Shown here: positions 11,226-26,227 of the stretch, piece after piece
Position numbering within the stretch: position 1 is the first letter of the stretch
Layout: each line of letters begins with the position of its first letter
Assembly: GCA_039593635.1 (NCBI GenBank)
Contig: JBCNOW010000015.1
Coordinates: 8,942 to 72,941 of the forward strand
Source: Enterobacterales bacterium
GTDB lineage: Bacteria > Pseudomonadota > Gammaproteobacteria > Enterobacterales > Enterobacteriaceae
DNA length: 64,000 bases
Reading direction: 5' to 3'
Position numbers and translations under genes: made by a program
Notes under the pieces: generated by a model
Databases searched by the model: none
Told to the model about the DNA's origin: nothing
The model's input: the letters and a program-made list of their open reading frames with translations, nothing else

Positions 11226-12905
11226 TCACTGCACCTGCCCGCCACGCATCGTCTGCTGCAGCGACTGCGTATCCGTCGTCACCGACAAACTGCCTTCTGC
11301 GCTGGCACGCAGCGGGGCGCCAGCGCTAAGCGAGCCCTTCAGCTGCAGCTGCAAATTACTGCTGCCGCTCAGCGGCAGCGCAGGCCAGCCCCAGTTTTGC
11401 AGCACGTTTGCCGGTACCGCCTGGCCTTTCAGGTTCAGTGTAAACGGACGCTGTGCTTCCTGTCCTGCGGTTGCCGTGCCTTCCAGTAATCCGCTACCGT
11501 TGAAGGCGCTCATCTCGCTGACCTCAATCTGCCGATCGCTGGCGTTCAGGCTAATCGACGGATGGCGCAAATCGGTGCGGTTAAAGGTGGCTTCCGCCGC
11601 GTTAAAGCTGGCTTTGCCCGCCCAGATGCCCCATTGATGCTGGCGCGCCAGCAGCAGATTCTCTGCATTACCGTCGAGCGCGGTCATCTGGAACGGGAAG
11701 GCCGGATTGATATCAATCACCAGGTTACGGTTAGCGGTCGCACGCTTCACCAGCACGCTATCCAGCCAGCCCGGCAGCGTCTGCTGCCAGCGATCGCGCC
11801 AGTTTTGCGGCAGCGTGTATTCCAGGCCGGCAATGGCTAAATCGTCAAGCGTCAGGCGCTTATCGCTGCGCGTCCAGCTGCCGCTGGCGCGAATCACGCC
11901 GTTGACCCAGCGGGAGCTGAACTGCGTCAGCTGAATGCCCTGCGGTGAGAATTCGGCGTTGACGATCGGATCGTTGAGTTCAACGCTGCCGTTAATAAAG
12001 TTGCCGGCGTTCATGGCCAGCGAACCGTCGTCGCTCTGCCAGTCATCGCCGCGCAGCGTAATGTTCTTCAGGGTCAGATCGAGATCGGTCACCGCCCAGT
12101 CCGGGCCCTGCAGGCGCGCATCGGTCATATCCAGCCGGTTGATGCTCACCGAAGGCACGTCACGCAGCGGACTGAGGAACTCGCTCAGGCTCTGTTGGGT
12201 TTGCAGACGAATATCGTTAAGACGCAGCTGGTTGATTTGCCAGTTACCCTGCGCGTCGCGCTCGGCCCGTCCGGTCATTGAGCCGCGCGCCAGATCGGCG
12301 CCGATATTGCTCAGCACCAGCCGGCGTTTGGCGATATTGCCCTGCAGCAGCACGTTGTTACCGGCGACGCCGTCCAGCGTCATGGCACCTGCGCTCATCT
12401 GGAACTGCGCATCGCTGCCCAGCATATCGTCAGGCGTGGGCTTCCACGGCACAATGCCGCCGTTGACCCGCTGCGCCGCCAGCGGCAGGGCGCTGTGCGG
12501 GCTTTCGATCTGCACGTTATTGAGCTGCAGCCGGTTGGCCTGAATCGGCAGCGTGGTTTGTGGTGACTGGTTAGCGAGGTTGATGTCGCCGTCGCGCACT
12601 TCAATGCTGTCGAAATGCAGCGGATCGCTGAACTGCACCAGTGCCAGACCGAGATCGACGCGCTTCGCCACCAGTACCGCCGGCTGGCCGTCGTGGCCGA
12701 AGCTGAAGTCATCCAGGATGATGTGGGAAGGCGAGGAGAAGTTGTGCTCAATCTTACTCAGCGACAAATGCCAGGCGGTTTTATCGCTTACCCAACGGCT
12801 AAACCAGCCTGCGCCCCACTGGGTTTGCAGCAGCACATAGAGAACCACCAGCGCCAGCAGAATCAGCAGTAACAAGGTAAGGAAAAACTTGCCTAAAAAT
12901 TTCAT
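11226..12905 (-). CDS. yicH: AsmA family protein YicH
   Basis: N-terminal TM, LLQTQWGA, GPDWAVTDLDL, PFQMTALDG; synteny with xanP. Confidence 0.85.
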   Translation of the reverse strand: MKFLGKFFLTLLLLILLALVVLYVLLQTQWGAGWFSRWVSDKTAWHLSLSKIEHNFSSPSHIILDDFSFGHDGQPAVLVAKRVDLGLALVQFSDPLHFDSIEVRDGDINLANQSPQTTLPIQANRLQLNNVQIESPHSALPLAAQRVNGGIVPWKPTPDDMLGSDAQFQMSAGAMTLDGVAGNNVLLQGNIAKRRLVLSNIGADLARGSMTGRAERDAQGNWQINQLRLNDIRLQTQQSLSEFLSPLRDVPSVSINRLDMTDARLQGPDWAVTDLDLTLKNITLRGDDWQSDDGSLAMNAGNFINGSVELNDPIVNAEFSPQGIQLTQFSSRWVNGVIRASGSWTRSDKRLTLDDLAIAGLEYTLPQNWRDRWQQTLPGWLDSVLVKRATANRNLVIDINPAFPFQMTALDGNAENLLLARQHQWGIWAGKASFNAAEATFNRTDLRHPSISLNASDRQIEVSEMSAFNGSGLLEGTATAGQEAQRPFTLNLKGQAVPANVLQNWGWPALPLSGSSNLQLQLKGSLSAGAPLRASAEGSLSVTTDTQSLQQTMRGGQVQ

Positions 12906-13027
12906 CGCATCCATCCATCCCGATATTTATCCGGTGAGTGGTTGTTATGCCTGAATTACCGTTACAGCTCAACAGCCTGGATGAAAAAGCGGATAAATAA
13001 CAGGCAGGCCGTAGCCTGCCAGCAGCA

Positions 13028-14419
13028 TTACTTTTCCTGCGGAAAGACGAGGTTCAGCACGATAGCGGTGATACCGCCCGCGGCGATGCCGGAAGAGAGC
13101 AGGTTTTTCACCCAGTCCGGGGCAAACTGCAAAATCATCGGCTGCTGGGAGACGCCAAGCCCTACGGCGAGAGACAGCGCAATAATCATGATTGCGCGGC
13201 GGTTCAGCGGCTCGCGGGAGACGATACGCACGCCGGAGGCCGCGATAGTCCCGAACATCACCAGCGTTGCGCCGCCGAGCACCGGCTCAGGAATGTGCTG
13301 CACAAAGCCGCTCACCGCCGGGAACAGGCCGAGGACGATCAGCATCAGCGCCACCACGAAGCCAACGTAGCGGCTGGCCACGCCGGTCAGCTGGATCACG
13401 CCGTTGTTCTGCCCGAAGCAGGAGTTCGGGAAGGTATTGAATACGGCGGAGACAAACGAGTTCAGGCCATTCGCCAGTACGCCGCCTTTCAGGCGCTTCA
13501 TGTACAGCGGGCCGGACACTGGCTGCTCAGAGACGTCGGAGGTGGCGGTGATATCGCCGATGGTCTCCAGAGAGGTGATCATAAAGACCAGCATCAGCGG
13601 CAGCAGCAGACCCCAGTCAATGCCCAGGCCGTAGTAGAGCGGCGTGGGGACGGTGATCAGCGCGCTGTTGGTTGGCGCGGTGGTATTTTCCGGCAGCATA
13701 CCCAGCGCCCAGGCCAGCACATAACCCACCGCCATGGCGATCACCAGCGAGGCGACGCGCAGGTAAGGGTTACGCTGACGGTTGAGCAGAATAATGATCG
13801 CCAGCACGACACCCGCCAGCAGCAGGTTTTTCGGCGCGCCGAAGGTGTGATCGCTCATCGCGGCAAAGCCGCCGCCGATGGAGGTCAGGCCCACCTGGAT
13901 CAGCGACAGGCCGATAATCATCACCACCACGCCGGAAACCAGCGGGGTGATGATGCGGCGTGCCAGGTGCAGCACGCGGGAGATCACCATCTCGGTACAG
14001 CTGGCCAGCATCAGGGTGCCGAACAGCGCCGCCATCATGGTCGGTACATCCGCACCGCCGGTTTTCAGCGCCGTACCGCCCATGATCAGCGGCGCCACAA
14101 AGTTAAAGCTGGTGCCCTGAATCGACAGCAGTCCAGAGCCCACCGGACCCCAGGCTTTAATTTGAATAATGGAGGCCACGCCGGAAGCGAACAGCGACAT
14201 GCTGATGATGTGCTGCGTGTCCTGCGCCGGTAAGCCGAGCGCCTGGCAGATCAGCAGCGCCGGGGTAATCACCGCAACAAACATCGCCAGAAGATGCTGG
14301 CAGGCAGCAAACAGCGTCTGCGGCAGCGGCGGGCGATCTTCAAGACGGTAAATCAGTTCACTTTTGCTCTCGCCTGGCGCAGTGGCAGGCTGGCGGGATT
14401 CAGCAGTATTGACGGACAT
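13028..14419 (-). CDS. xanP: Xanthine/H+ symporter (NCS2)
   Basis: [26 protein letters not shown] signature. Confidence 0.93.
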   Translation of the reverse strand: MSVNTAESRQPATAPGESKSELIYRLEDRPPLPQTLFAACQHLLAMFVAVITPALLICQALGLPAQDTQHIISMSLFASGVASIIQIKAWGPVGSGLLSIQGTSFNFVAPLIMGGTALKTGGADVPTMMAALFGTLMLASCTEMVISRVLHLARRIITPLVSGVVVMIIGLSLIQVGLTSIGGGFAAMSDHTFGAPKNLLLAGVVLAIIILLNRQRNPYLRVASLVIAMAVGYVLAWALGMLPENTTAPTNSALITVPTPLYYGLGIDWGLLLPLMLVFMITSLETIGDITATSDVSEQPVSGPLYMKRLKGGVLANGLNSFVSAVFNTFPNSCFGQNNGVIQLTGVASRYVGFVVALMLIVLGLFPAVSGFVQHIPEPVLGGATLVMFGTIAASGVRIVSREPLNRRAIMIIALSLAVGLGVSQQPMILQFAPDWVKNLLSSGIAAGGITAIVLNLVFPQEK

Positions 14420-14470
14420 GGTGGCTTCTCAATAACAACAAAGGGGCGATTTTAAACGGTTGCGTTGTGA

Positions 14471-14486
14471 AAGCAATCGTTTGCAA
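14471..14486. promoter_or_regulatory. PurR-box-like site upstream of xanP
   Basis: Minus strand ttgcaaacgattgctt resembles ACGCAAACGTTTGCGT. Confidence 0.55.
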
Positions 14487-14509
14487 TGCCCCTTTTAGTT
14501 GCGATTGAT

Positions 14510-15445
14510 CTAGAGCGTAAACACGGTGCGGCAGCGGCTGTCATCCTGCTGCCACGCCTGCTCTACCTCACTCAGCGGACGCTGCTGAAAAGCGATGGAG
14601 AAGTGACTTTCAGCGGCGGCGTTCAGCATCTCACCAATACAGGCGATCAGTTCGCTGTCAGAGACGCTGCCCAGTCCGCTGCCCATCAGCGTCAGCCCGG
14701 ATGAGCGCAGCAGTTTACTGTGCAGCGCGATCTCCTGCCCGCTGAGCGAGCCAATCTGCACGAAGCGCACCGTTTTCTCACCGCCGGCCACCGCCGCGTG
14801 CATGATGTCGAGCGCACTCTGGCCCCACAGATAATCCAGCACCACATCAATGCCTTGCTGCATCAGCGCTGGCAGCGCGCCGGGCAGTTCATCCAGCGTC
14901 AGGATGATATCCGCGCCCTGCGTGCGCAGCTGCTCCAGCACCGCGCGGTTACGGCCGGTGGCGATGATTTTCCCGGCACCGAGGTGACGCGCAATACGCA
15001 CCGCCAGCCCGCCGGAGGTGCCGGTTGCGCCGTTGATCAGCACGGTTTCACCCGCCTGAAACTGCGCGCGACGCGTCAGTGCGGCCCACGAGGACATGCC
15101 GGGATTGGCGATTGCCGCAGCCAGCAGCGGATCAAGCGTCGGCGGCAGCGCAACCACCGCCGCAGCCGGCACCCGGGTCTGCTGCGCCATACTGCCCCAC
15201 GGTGCGCTAAAGGCGAGAAAATAGACCGGATCGCCGTTGCTCAGCGTGCCGGTGCCATCAATACCGGCGATAAACGGATAGTGGCTACCGGCGCTGTAAT
15301 GGGCACCGGCAGCTCGCGCTTTCGCCAGCTGGCTGATGGCGGCGGCCTTCACCGTTACCACCACATGCTGTTCATCGGCCTGCGGTGCCGGGAAATCGCC
15401 CCATACCGGTTTCTCACCTGCGGCACTGACAATAGCTGCTTTCAT
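14510..15445 (-). CDS. MDR-family quinone oxidoreductase / zinc-binding dehydrogenase-like protein
   Basis: GIDGTG, VLINGATGTSG, DVVLDYLWG. Confidence 0.85.
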   Translation of the reverse strand: MKAAIVSAAGEKPVWGDFPAPQADEQHVVVTVKAAAISQLAKARAAGAHYSAGSHYPFIAGIDGTGTLSNGDPVYFLAFSAPWGSMAQQTRVPAAAVVALPPTLDPLLAAAIANPGMSSWAALTRRAQFQAGETVLINGATGTSGGLAVRIARHLGAGKIIATGRNRAVLEQLRTQGADIILTLDELPGALPALMQQGIDVVLDYLWGQSALDIMHAAVAGGEKTVRFVQIGSLSGQEIALHSKLLRSSGLTLMGSGLGSVSDSELIACIGEMLNAAAESHFSIAFQQRPLSEVEQAWQQDDSRCRTVFTL

Positions 15446-15505
15446 GTTTCACCTTCAGTTCATCGGATAATATGTGTAATATGCACACATTAGGCCTGCT
15501 CTGGG

Positions 15506-16000
15506 ATGACGTCAATGAAAAGCGTGCAAAATACACATAATAATGCCGGCTTCGATGATTTGCACAACGCGCTGCTGATGATCGTCGGCACCTTTAATCG
15601 TCCGCAACGCGATGAATTATTAATAAAAGAGTCCGGTATCCAGCTGGATCGCGCCCTGTTTCCGTTGCTGATCCAGATTGGCCGCTTTGGTCCCCTCGGC
15701 GTGGTCGAGCTGGCCGATCGCGCCGGGCGCGATTACACCACTGTCAGCCGCCAGGTGGCGAAGCTGGAAGAGCTGGGGCTGGCGCAGCGGCAGAAAAATG
15801 CCAGAGACAAGCGGATCAATGAGGCGGTGATCACGGCGGCGGGAAAAGCGATGACGGACAAAATCGACGCGGCGCGCACGCAGATCTATCAGCAGCTGTT
15901 CGCTGGCTGGCCAGCTGAAGAGCGCGCGGAGTTAACGCGCCTGTTACAGCGCTTCGTCGGGGATTTTATGGCGGTGGATCGACAGCCGCAGCTGGATTAA
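15506..16000 (+). CDS. MarR family regulator
   Basis: ELADRAGRDYTTVSRQVAKLEELGL...RDKR winged helix; divergent from oxidoreductase. Confidence 0.88.
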   Translation: MTSMKSVQNTHNNAGFDDLHNALLMIVGTFNRPQRDELLIKESGIQLDRALFPLLIQIGRFGPLGVVELADRAGRDYTTVSRQVAKLEELGLAQRQKNARDKRINEAVITAAGKAMTDKIDAARTQIYQQLFAGWPAEERAELTRLLQRFVGDFMAVDRQPQLD

Positions 16001-18102
16001 GCGTGGCTGTAGCGTTCGGTTTCCGGCATCCAGCGTTCAATTAACGCTGCCGCCTGTTCGGGGTAGCGTTCATGAATATGGCGGGCAAGGCGCTGAACTT
16101 CGGGGATCATCGGCCTGATCGCGCAGCAAATCCGCCACTTTGAATTCCGCGTTCCCCGTCTGGCGCGTGCCCAGCAGTTCGCCCGGGCCGCGGATCTCCA
16201 GATCTTTTTGCGCAATGACAAAACCGTCGTTGCTGTCGCGCAGCACCTGCAACCGCATCTGCGCGGTTTTTGAGAGCGGGGCTTTGTAGAGCAGGACGCA
16301 GTGGGAGGCTACCGCGCCACGGCCAACGCGCCCGCGCAGCTGGTGGAGCTGCGCAAGGCCCAGCCGCTCCGGGTTTTCGATGATCATCAGGCTGGAGTTG
16401 GGCACATCCACGCCCACTTCAATCACCGTGGTCGCGACCAGCAGATGCAGATCTCCCCCTTGTTTGAAGGCCTGCATGACCGCCTGTTTTTCCGCAGGCT
16501 TCATGCGCCCGTGAACCAGGCCCACGTTCAGCTCCGGCAGCGCCAGTTTCAGCTCTTCCCACGTGGCTTCGGCGGCCTGCGCTTCCAGCAGTTCGGACTC
16601 TTCAATCAGCGTACAGACCCAGTAGGCCTGACGCCCTTCGTGGGTGCAGGCGTTGCGCACGCGGTCGATGATATCGCTGCGGCGCGTGTCAGGAATGGCG
16701 ACCGTGGTGACCGGCGTACGGCCCGGCGGCAGTTCGTCGATGGTGGAGGTATCCAGATCGGCGTAGGCGGTCATCGCCAGGGTGCGCGGAATCGGCGTGG
16801 CGGTCATGATCAGCTGATGCGGATGGAAGCCCTGCTGCTTCGCCTTTTTCCCACAGCGCCAGACGCTGATGCACGCCAAAGCGGTGCTGCTCATCGATAA
16901 TCACCAGCGCAAGGCCGTTAAACTGCACCTGCTCCTGGAAGATGGCGTGCGTGCCGACAATCATCTGCACCTGGCCGCTGGCGATGGCCTCCTGCTGCGC
17001 AAGGCGCGCTTTGCCTTTTTGTTTTCCGGCAAGCCAGCCCACTTCAATGCCGAGCGGCGCAAACCAGTGTGCGGAAATTGTTGGCGTGCTGCTCGGCCAG
17101 CAGCTCGGTCGGTGCCATCAGCGCCACCTGCTTGCCGTGGGCGATGGCGCGTGCAGCGCGGCCAGGGCGGCAACCAGCGTTTTACCGGAGCCGACATCGC
17201 CCTGCACCAGGCGCATCATCGGCACGTCGAGCGCCATATCGCGCTCGATCTCGGCGGTGACCACGCGCGCCTGCGCGCCGGTGGGCTTAAACGGCAGCGA
17301 GGCCAGCAGCTTATCTTTGGGCATCAGTTCATGGCATGCCGGCTTATGGGCAGGGCGTGATAGCGCTGCGCGCCGGCGCGCAGCGCCAGCATGCTCAGGT
17401 TATGCGCCAGTAATTCCTCAAGGATAAGACGCCGTTGGGCGGGATGTTTGCCGCTTTCTAAATCGCTGAGCTGCAGCGTTCGGCGGCGGGCGGTGCAGGG
17501 TGCGCAGCGCCTCCGGCAGGCTCATCATGCCCTGCGCCAGCTCGGGCGGCAGCAGCTCGGTAATGGCGCAGGTATCCAGCAGCTCCAGCGCCTGATCGGT
17601 GAGCTTACGCAGCGTCGCCTGCTTAATCCCTTCGGTCGTCGGGTAAACCGGGGTGAGCGTCTCCTGCAGCTCCGGCGTGCTGAGATCGCCCTGCACGCGG
17701 TACTCCGGGTGGATCATCTCTGCGCCGTACTTCCCGCGTTTGGCTTCGCCATAGGCCAGCACCCGGCGGCCCGTCGCCAGGCTGTTTTTCATCGCCGCGT
17801 TGAAGTTGAAGAAGCGCATGGTGAGGATGCCGGTGCCGTCGCTGATCTGGCAGGTCATCATCCGGCGTCCGCCGAAGGTGATGTTGCAGTTCAGCACTTC
17901 GCCTTCAACGGTGGCGTAAATGGCGGGCAGCAGATCGCCAATCTTGTAAAGTTGGGTGCGGTCTTCGTAACGCAGGGGGAGGTGAAGCAGGAGATCCTGC
18001 ACGGTGTGCAGGCCAATTTTTGCCAGCTTAGCTGCTTTGCGCTGCCGCGCCCACGCCCGTCAGGCTATTGAGCGGGATGGCATCCAGCAGGCGGCCTTTC
18101 AT
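15997..18102 (-). CDS. recG: ATP-dependent DNA helicase RecG (several frameshifts)
   Basis: [49 protein letters not shown] in successive frames. Confidence 0.95.
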
Positions 18103-18105
18103 CGG

Positions 18106-18799
18106 TTACCCGGCGTACTGCATGGTGGCCCACCACTCGGCATCGGCTTCGATTTCGCCCTGCGCGTTGACGTGGGGGTAAGGCAATTTTTTCTGCTTCG
18201 CAACGCGAGCCAGCACCGGATAGCCGCCTTCAAACAGCAGGCGCTGCTGCTCTCCTCTTCCAGCAGGCCATGCTGTTGCTGCGCTCGTACATCCCGGCGT
18301 TCTGACGCTGGCGCTGCGCTTCATACAGAATGAGCGCGGAGGCCACGGAGACGTTGAGTGACTGGACCATGCCAATCATCGGAATGATGATGTCCCGATC
18401 CGCCAGATCCAGCGCTTCCTGGGTGATCCCGGTTTTCTCCTGGCCCATCAAAATGCAGGTCGGGCGGGTGTAGTCGATCTCGCGGAAATCTACGGCTTTA
18501 GCGGACAGGTTAGTGGCGAGGATCTGCATCCCGCGCCCTTTCAGGTGCGATACGGCTTCGCCAATGGTGTGATGATTTTTGACAGACACCCAGCTGTTGC
18601 TGCCTGCCGCCGCCGAGACCGTATTGCGCATACGGCCGTCCGGCCAGACGGCGTGCACTTCATGCACACCGACGGCATCTGCGGTACGAACGATAGCAGA
18701 GACGTTATGAGGTTTATGCACCTGCTCCATGCAGACCGTCAGGTCAGGCTGACGCCTGGCGAGCATTTCGCAGATACGGGCATAACGTTGTGAATTCAT
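18106..18799 (-). CDS. trmH: tRNA Gm18 2'-O-methyltransferase (frameshift near 3' end)
   Basis: HKPHNVSAIVRTADAVG, IPMIGMVQSLNVSVA. Confidence 0.93.
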
Positions 18800-18803
18800 A
18801 CAC

Positions 18804-20918
18804 CTAGTTTCGGTTTCGGGTGACTTTAATCACGTCCGGCATGACGCGGATCTTGCGCATAATATTTGCCAGATGCACGCGGTCGCGCGCGGTCAGACGA
18901 ATAAAGGCGCTGTACACGCGGCCATCTTTTTCTTCCGTATTCAGGCTCTGAATGTTGGAAGAGGCCGTGTTGATTGCTGCCGTCAGGTTCGCCAGGGCAC
19001 CCTGGTGGTTGAACATATCCACCTTAATTTCGGTGATAAATTCCTGCGCGGTCTCTTTATCCCACTCGACCGCCATAAACTTCTCGGCTTCTTTCTGGTA
19101 GCCGCGAATGTTACGACAGGATTCATGGTGGATAACCAGCCCTTTGCCCGGACTGACGTGCGCAATAATCGGGTCGCCAGGGATTGGACGGCAACATTTT
19201 GCGAAGGTGATCAGCACCCCGTCCGCGCCTTTGATCGGCAGATGAGCATGGCCGGATGCGCCTGGAGCAGATGGCGTCGCTTCGCCCTGCTGCAGGTTTT
19301 TCGCCACCACGACGCTCATCGCGTTACCCAGACCAATTTCCGCCAGCAGATCGTCCAGAGACGTGAGCTTCATACGGTCGAGTTCACGCTGGATATGCTC
19401 CGGCGGGATCTCAGCCAGCTTGCGGCTGCCGCCTAACGCGTGGTTGAGCAGACGACGCCCCAGGCTGACGGAGTCGTCGCGCTTGAGGTTTTTCAGCAGC
19501 TGACGGATTTTTGCGCGCGCTTTGGAGCTCACGACAAAGTTCAGCCAGGCCGCGTTCGGACGTGCGCCCGGCGCGGTAATAATTTCCACCGTCTGGCCGC
19601 TGGAGAGCGGCTGAGACAGCGGATAAGGCTGTCGGTCGACGCGCGCGCCGACGCAGGCGTGCCCGATATCGGTATGCACGGCGTAGGCGAAGTCGACCGG
19701 CGTCGCGCCCGCAGGCAGTTCGACAATGCGGCCTTCCGGGGTGAAAACGTAAATCTCATCCGGGAAGAGATCGGATTTAACGCTCTCGATAAATTCAAAC
19801 GAGCTACCCGCACTCTGCTGCAGCTCCAGCAGGCTCTGCATCCAGCGCTGGGCGCGGATTTGTGCGGTGGTGCTGCTTTCGCCACCGTGCTCTTTATAGG
19901 CCCAGTGCGCGGCCACCCCCATCTCCGCCATCTGGTCCATGTCTTCGGTGCGGATTTGCACCTCAACAGGCACGCCGTGCGGACCGATCATCGAGGTGTG
20001 CAGAGATTGATAGCCGTTCGCTTTTGGAATGGCGATGTAATCTTTCATGCGTCCGGGACGCGGTTTGTAGAGGCTGTGCATCTGCCCCAGCACGCGATAG
20101 CAGGTATCGAGGTCGTGGACGATCACGCGGAACGCGTAGATATCCATGATCGAGTGAAAACGCTGCTCTTTGAGCACCATTTTGCAGTAGATGGAATACA
20201 GATGTTTTTCGCGACCGCTGACGCGGCAGGGAATGCCCGCTTCCTGTAAACGCCCTTCGATTTCCGAGAGGATCTTTTGAATCATCTCTTTACGGTTACC
20301 GCGCGCGGCTTTCACCACCTCTTTAATCACGCGATAGCGGTTCGGGTACAACGCTTCAAAGCCCAGCTCTTCCAGCTCGGTTTTGATGTGGTGAATACCT
20401 AAACGGTGCGCCAGCGGACTGTAGATTTCGAGGGTTTCACGGGCAATGCGGCGACGTTTATCCGGGCGAAGTGAGCCCAGCGTGCGCATGTTGTGGGTGC
20501 GGTCAGCGAGTTTGATGAGAATGACGCGGATATCCTGCACCATCGCCATAATCATCTTGCGGAAGTTTTCGGCTTGCGCCTCTTTCTTGTCGCGGAATTT
20601 CAGCTTATCAAGCTTGGAGACCCCTTCCACCAGCTCGGCAACGCTTTTGCCAAACAGCTGTTCCATATCCTGGTAGGTGGCAGGGGTATCTTCGATCACG
20701 TCGTGCAGCAGCGCGGCCATCAGCGTTTCGTAGTCGAGTTTCATCTCGGCCAGAATACAGGCCACCGCAACCGGGTGCGTGATATAGGGTTCACCGCTTG
20801 AACGTGTCTGGCCCTCGTGAGCGTCACGTGCAACGAGATACGCCTGCTGAAGACGCTTAATCTGGTCTTCAGGCAGGTAGGTTTGAATCAGTTGATTCAG
20901 GCTTTCAAACAGATACAA
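18804..20918 (-). CDS. spoT: Bifunctional (p)ppGpp synthetase/hydrolase
   Basis: HD motif LHDVIED, GYQSLHT, TGS and ACT domains. Confidence 0.98.
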   Translation of the reverse strand: MYLFESLNQLIQTYLPEDQIKRLQQAYLVARDAHEGQTRSSGEPYITHPVAVACILAEMKLDYETLMAALLHDVIEDTPATYQDMEQLFGKSVAELVEGVSKLDKLKFRDKKEAQAENFRKMIMAMVQDIRVILIKLADRTHNMRTLGSLRPDKRRRIARETLEIYSPLAHRLGIHHIKTELEELGFEALYPNRYRVIKEVVKAARGNRKEMIQKILSEIEGRLQEAGIPCRVSGREKHLYSIYCKMVLKEQRFHSIMDIYAFRVIVHDLDTCYRVLGQMHSLYKPRPGRMKDYIAIPKANGYQSLHTSMIGPHGVPVEVQIRTEDMDQMAEMGVAAHWAYKEHGGESSTTAQIRAQRWMQSLLELQQSAGSSFEFIESVKSDLFPDEIYVFTPEGRIVELPAGATPVDFAYAVHTDIGHACVGARVDRQPYPLSQPLSSGQTVEIITAPGARPNAAWLNFVVSSKARAKIRQLLKNLKRDDSVSLGRRLLNHALGGSRKLAEIPPEHIQRELDRMKLTSLDDLLAEIGLGNAMSVVVAKNLQQGEATPSAPGASGHAHLPIKGADGVLITFAKCCRPIPGDPIIAHVSPGKGLVIHHESCRNIRGYQKEAEKFMAVEWDKETAQEFITEIKVDMFNHQGALANLTAAINTASSNIQSLNTEEKDGRVYSAFIRLTARDRVHLANIMRKIRVMPDVIKVTRNRN

Positions 20919-20937
20919 GGGCGACCCGCAGGTTTAA

Positions 20938-21213
20938 TTAACGACGACCTTCAGCAATGGCGGTTACGGCCTGCAGTTCTGCGGCTTCCTGCTCTTGCTG
21001 CTCCTGGCGCTCACGCACGTCGAGGATCTGGTTGTTGATCAGACCTTCTTCGATTTCGCGAAGTGCAATAACGGTGGTTTTATCGTTTTCTTCCGGTACC
21101 AGCGGATCTTTACCGCCTACCTGCATCTGACGAGCGCGACGCGCGGCGACCAGCACCAGGTCAAAACGGTTACCAATTTTCTCTACAGCGTCCTGAACAG
21201 TTACGCGTGCCAT
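20938..21213 (-). CDS. rpoZ: RNA polymerase omega subunit
   Basis: [20 protein letters not shown]...AIAEGRR. Confidence 0.98.
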
Positions 21214-21265
21214 ACTTAATGCTCCACAGGTGAAGAAATGACTGGGCATGATACTGAAAGTGGGT

Positions 21266-21972
<707 letters not shown>

Positions 21973-22001
21973 TCACACTTTTTCACGCGGCAATTATTTG
22001 A

Positions 22002-24451
<2,450 letters not shown>

Positions 24452-24739
24452 AGAGCACTCCAGTAAACTGGCGGCAAGGCTAAAGATTTCCCAGAGTGTA
24501 GACCACTGAGATTTTCTAAAAAAATGTTTTCGGATTAGCCATGCTGATGGTGAGCCTGCTGATGGGCTTGTTACAGAGGAACTGCGGTTATCAGCCGGTG
24601 TTTTCGCATCAATAAAAATGATGCGAGACGGCGGAACGACCCTGATTTAAGTTTCGCCGATGATGTGTCGTACCTGATTAATGCCTGCTCATTCAGGCTC
24701 ATCATTTACGGGCGCGACGTGCAGCAACTCTGGACAGGC

Positions 24740-25429
24740 ATGAAAAAACACAGCGAAGACATCCTCTATTACTCCTCCGATAAGCTGGCGGCACTCGGGC
24801 TGGAAAGCCTGCTATCAGCGTTACCGGTGGGCTGCCGGGTGCATGAACTCTGGTCGCTCAGTACCGTCATCTCGCAGTGTGAAAGAGTGCGGCCGCGGTT
24901 ACTGGTGTTTATTTTTCACGAGAATATGCCGCTGGCTGGCACCTTCAAAGTGCTGTATGCGCTGCAGCAGCAGTTTCCGGCCATGCAGATGCTGGTGCTG
25001 ACCCGACGTCTGTTGCCGATGATGCACGCTCTCAGTCGTTATCTGCCCGGACTCAGCGTCCTCGATTTAAAGTCCTCACACACCGCGCTGCGTCGTTGCC
25101 TGCTGGCCTGTATCGCCGGCGGGATACCGCAGTTGCAGGAGGGGGCTGACATTCTGCTACCGGACCGGCAGCTACGGGTGCTGCTGATGATGGCGTGGGG
25201 CTACAACACGGAGCAGATTGGTAACCGGCTCGGTATCAGCCATAAAACGGTGAATGCACACAAGCTAAATGCGCTTACCCGCCTGCAGGTGAAAAGCAAA
25301 AACGATATGGCCGATCTGTTTATGGTGATTGACGAGCTGCGCATGCTGGTGGGATGGCTGCGCCTGCACCGCAATGGCAAGCTGAGCGAGCTGGCTTATC
25401 ATTCGCTGGAAGAGTTACTGGAAGCATAA
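24740..25429 (+). CDS. LuxR-family HTH regulator
   Basis: C-terminal GYNTEQIGNRLGISHKTVNAHKLNALTRL. Confidence 0.8.
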   Translation: MKKHSEDILYYSSDKLAALGLESLLSALPVGCRVHELWSLSTVISQCERVRPRLLVFIFHENMPLAGTFKVLYALQQQFPAMQMLVLTRRLLPMMHALSRYLPGLSVLDLKSSHTALRRCLLACIAGGIPQLQEGADILLPDRQLRVLLMMAWGYNTEQIGNRLGISHKTVNAHKLNALTRLQVKSKNDMADLFMVIDELRMLVGWLRLHRNGKLSELAYHSLEELLEA

Positions 25430-25508
25430 AAAGAAAAAAGCGTGCTGGTAACCAGCACGCGAACGCATCTTGCAGATGCCCAGAGCCCACCATACAGACT
25501 TGTTGTTA

Positions 25509-26153
25509 TTATCCGTTTCTTGCTCGCACTGCGGCGAAAGCTTTCAGGCTAAAACGGTACTCCGGCTGGAACCAGGGACGTCCGTAGTAGCAGTAGATCA
25601 GCATTCTGATGGAAACCATCGCCAGGTAACCCCAGATGGCGCACAGTACTGACGGCGTCAGCCACACGGTAAACAGCGTGACCGCCAGCCCTGCCAGCAC
25701 GGAAGACGTTTCCGTAAAGGCAATGCGCGTAAATTGTTTTTCCCGTTGCAGGATAGCGCGATAGTGCTGCCCCTGCGGAATAATAATAAAGATAACGGAA
25801 ATCATCTCCAGCATAATTGCCAGTTCCGGCTGTCCCATTACTCGGCTGTAAATGTCACTACCGATAAATAGCGCGGCAAAAATAAATAAACCGCTTAATA
25901 CATTACCCCAGTAAAGCGTCGAGAGTTCGCTGTTATTTAAACTTTGATAGCGAATAAGTGCGTTACCAAAGCCGCGATCGGCTAGTGTATCAATCACTAA
26001 TAATATCACTACGGCAATCGCGAGCAAATTGAGCTCATTTGCCTGCAGGATTTGCGCCAGCAGTGAAAGCTGTAATACCCCAATGCCAACGATTTTTATG
26101 GATGACAACACTGACCATTTGGCGCTGGCCAGATTTCTTTCGCGTATCGCCAT
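25509..26153 (-). CDS. Short Wzx/WzxC-like oligosaccharide flippase (N-terminal half only)
   Basis: SAKWS, LADRGFGNALI, ELSTLYWGNV, PQGQHYRAILQRE resemble the WzxC N-terminus. Confidence 0.7.
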   Translation of the reverse strand: MAIRERNLASAKWSVLSSIKIVGIGVLQLSLLAQILQANELNLLAIAVVILLVIDTLADRGFGNALIRYQSLNNSELSTLYWGNVLSGLFIFAALFIGSDIYSRVMGQPELAIMLEMISVIFIIIPQGQHYRAILQREKQFTRIAFTETSSVLAGLAVTLFTVWLTPSVLCAIWGYLAMVSIRMLIYCYYGRPWFQPEYRFSLKAFAAVRARNG

Positions 26154-26227
26154 ACTCTGCTCATTATGGTACATGTACCAGTGCAATTAAGGGTTCACCC
26201 GGGCGGCGGCCCAGAGTACAGATCACA

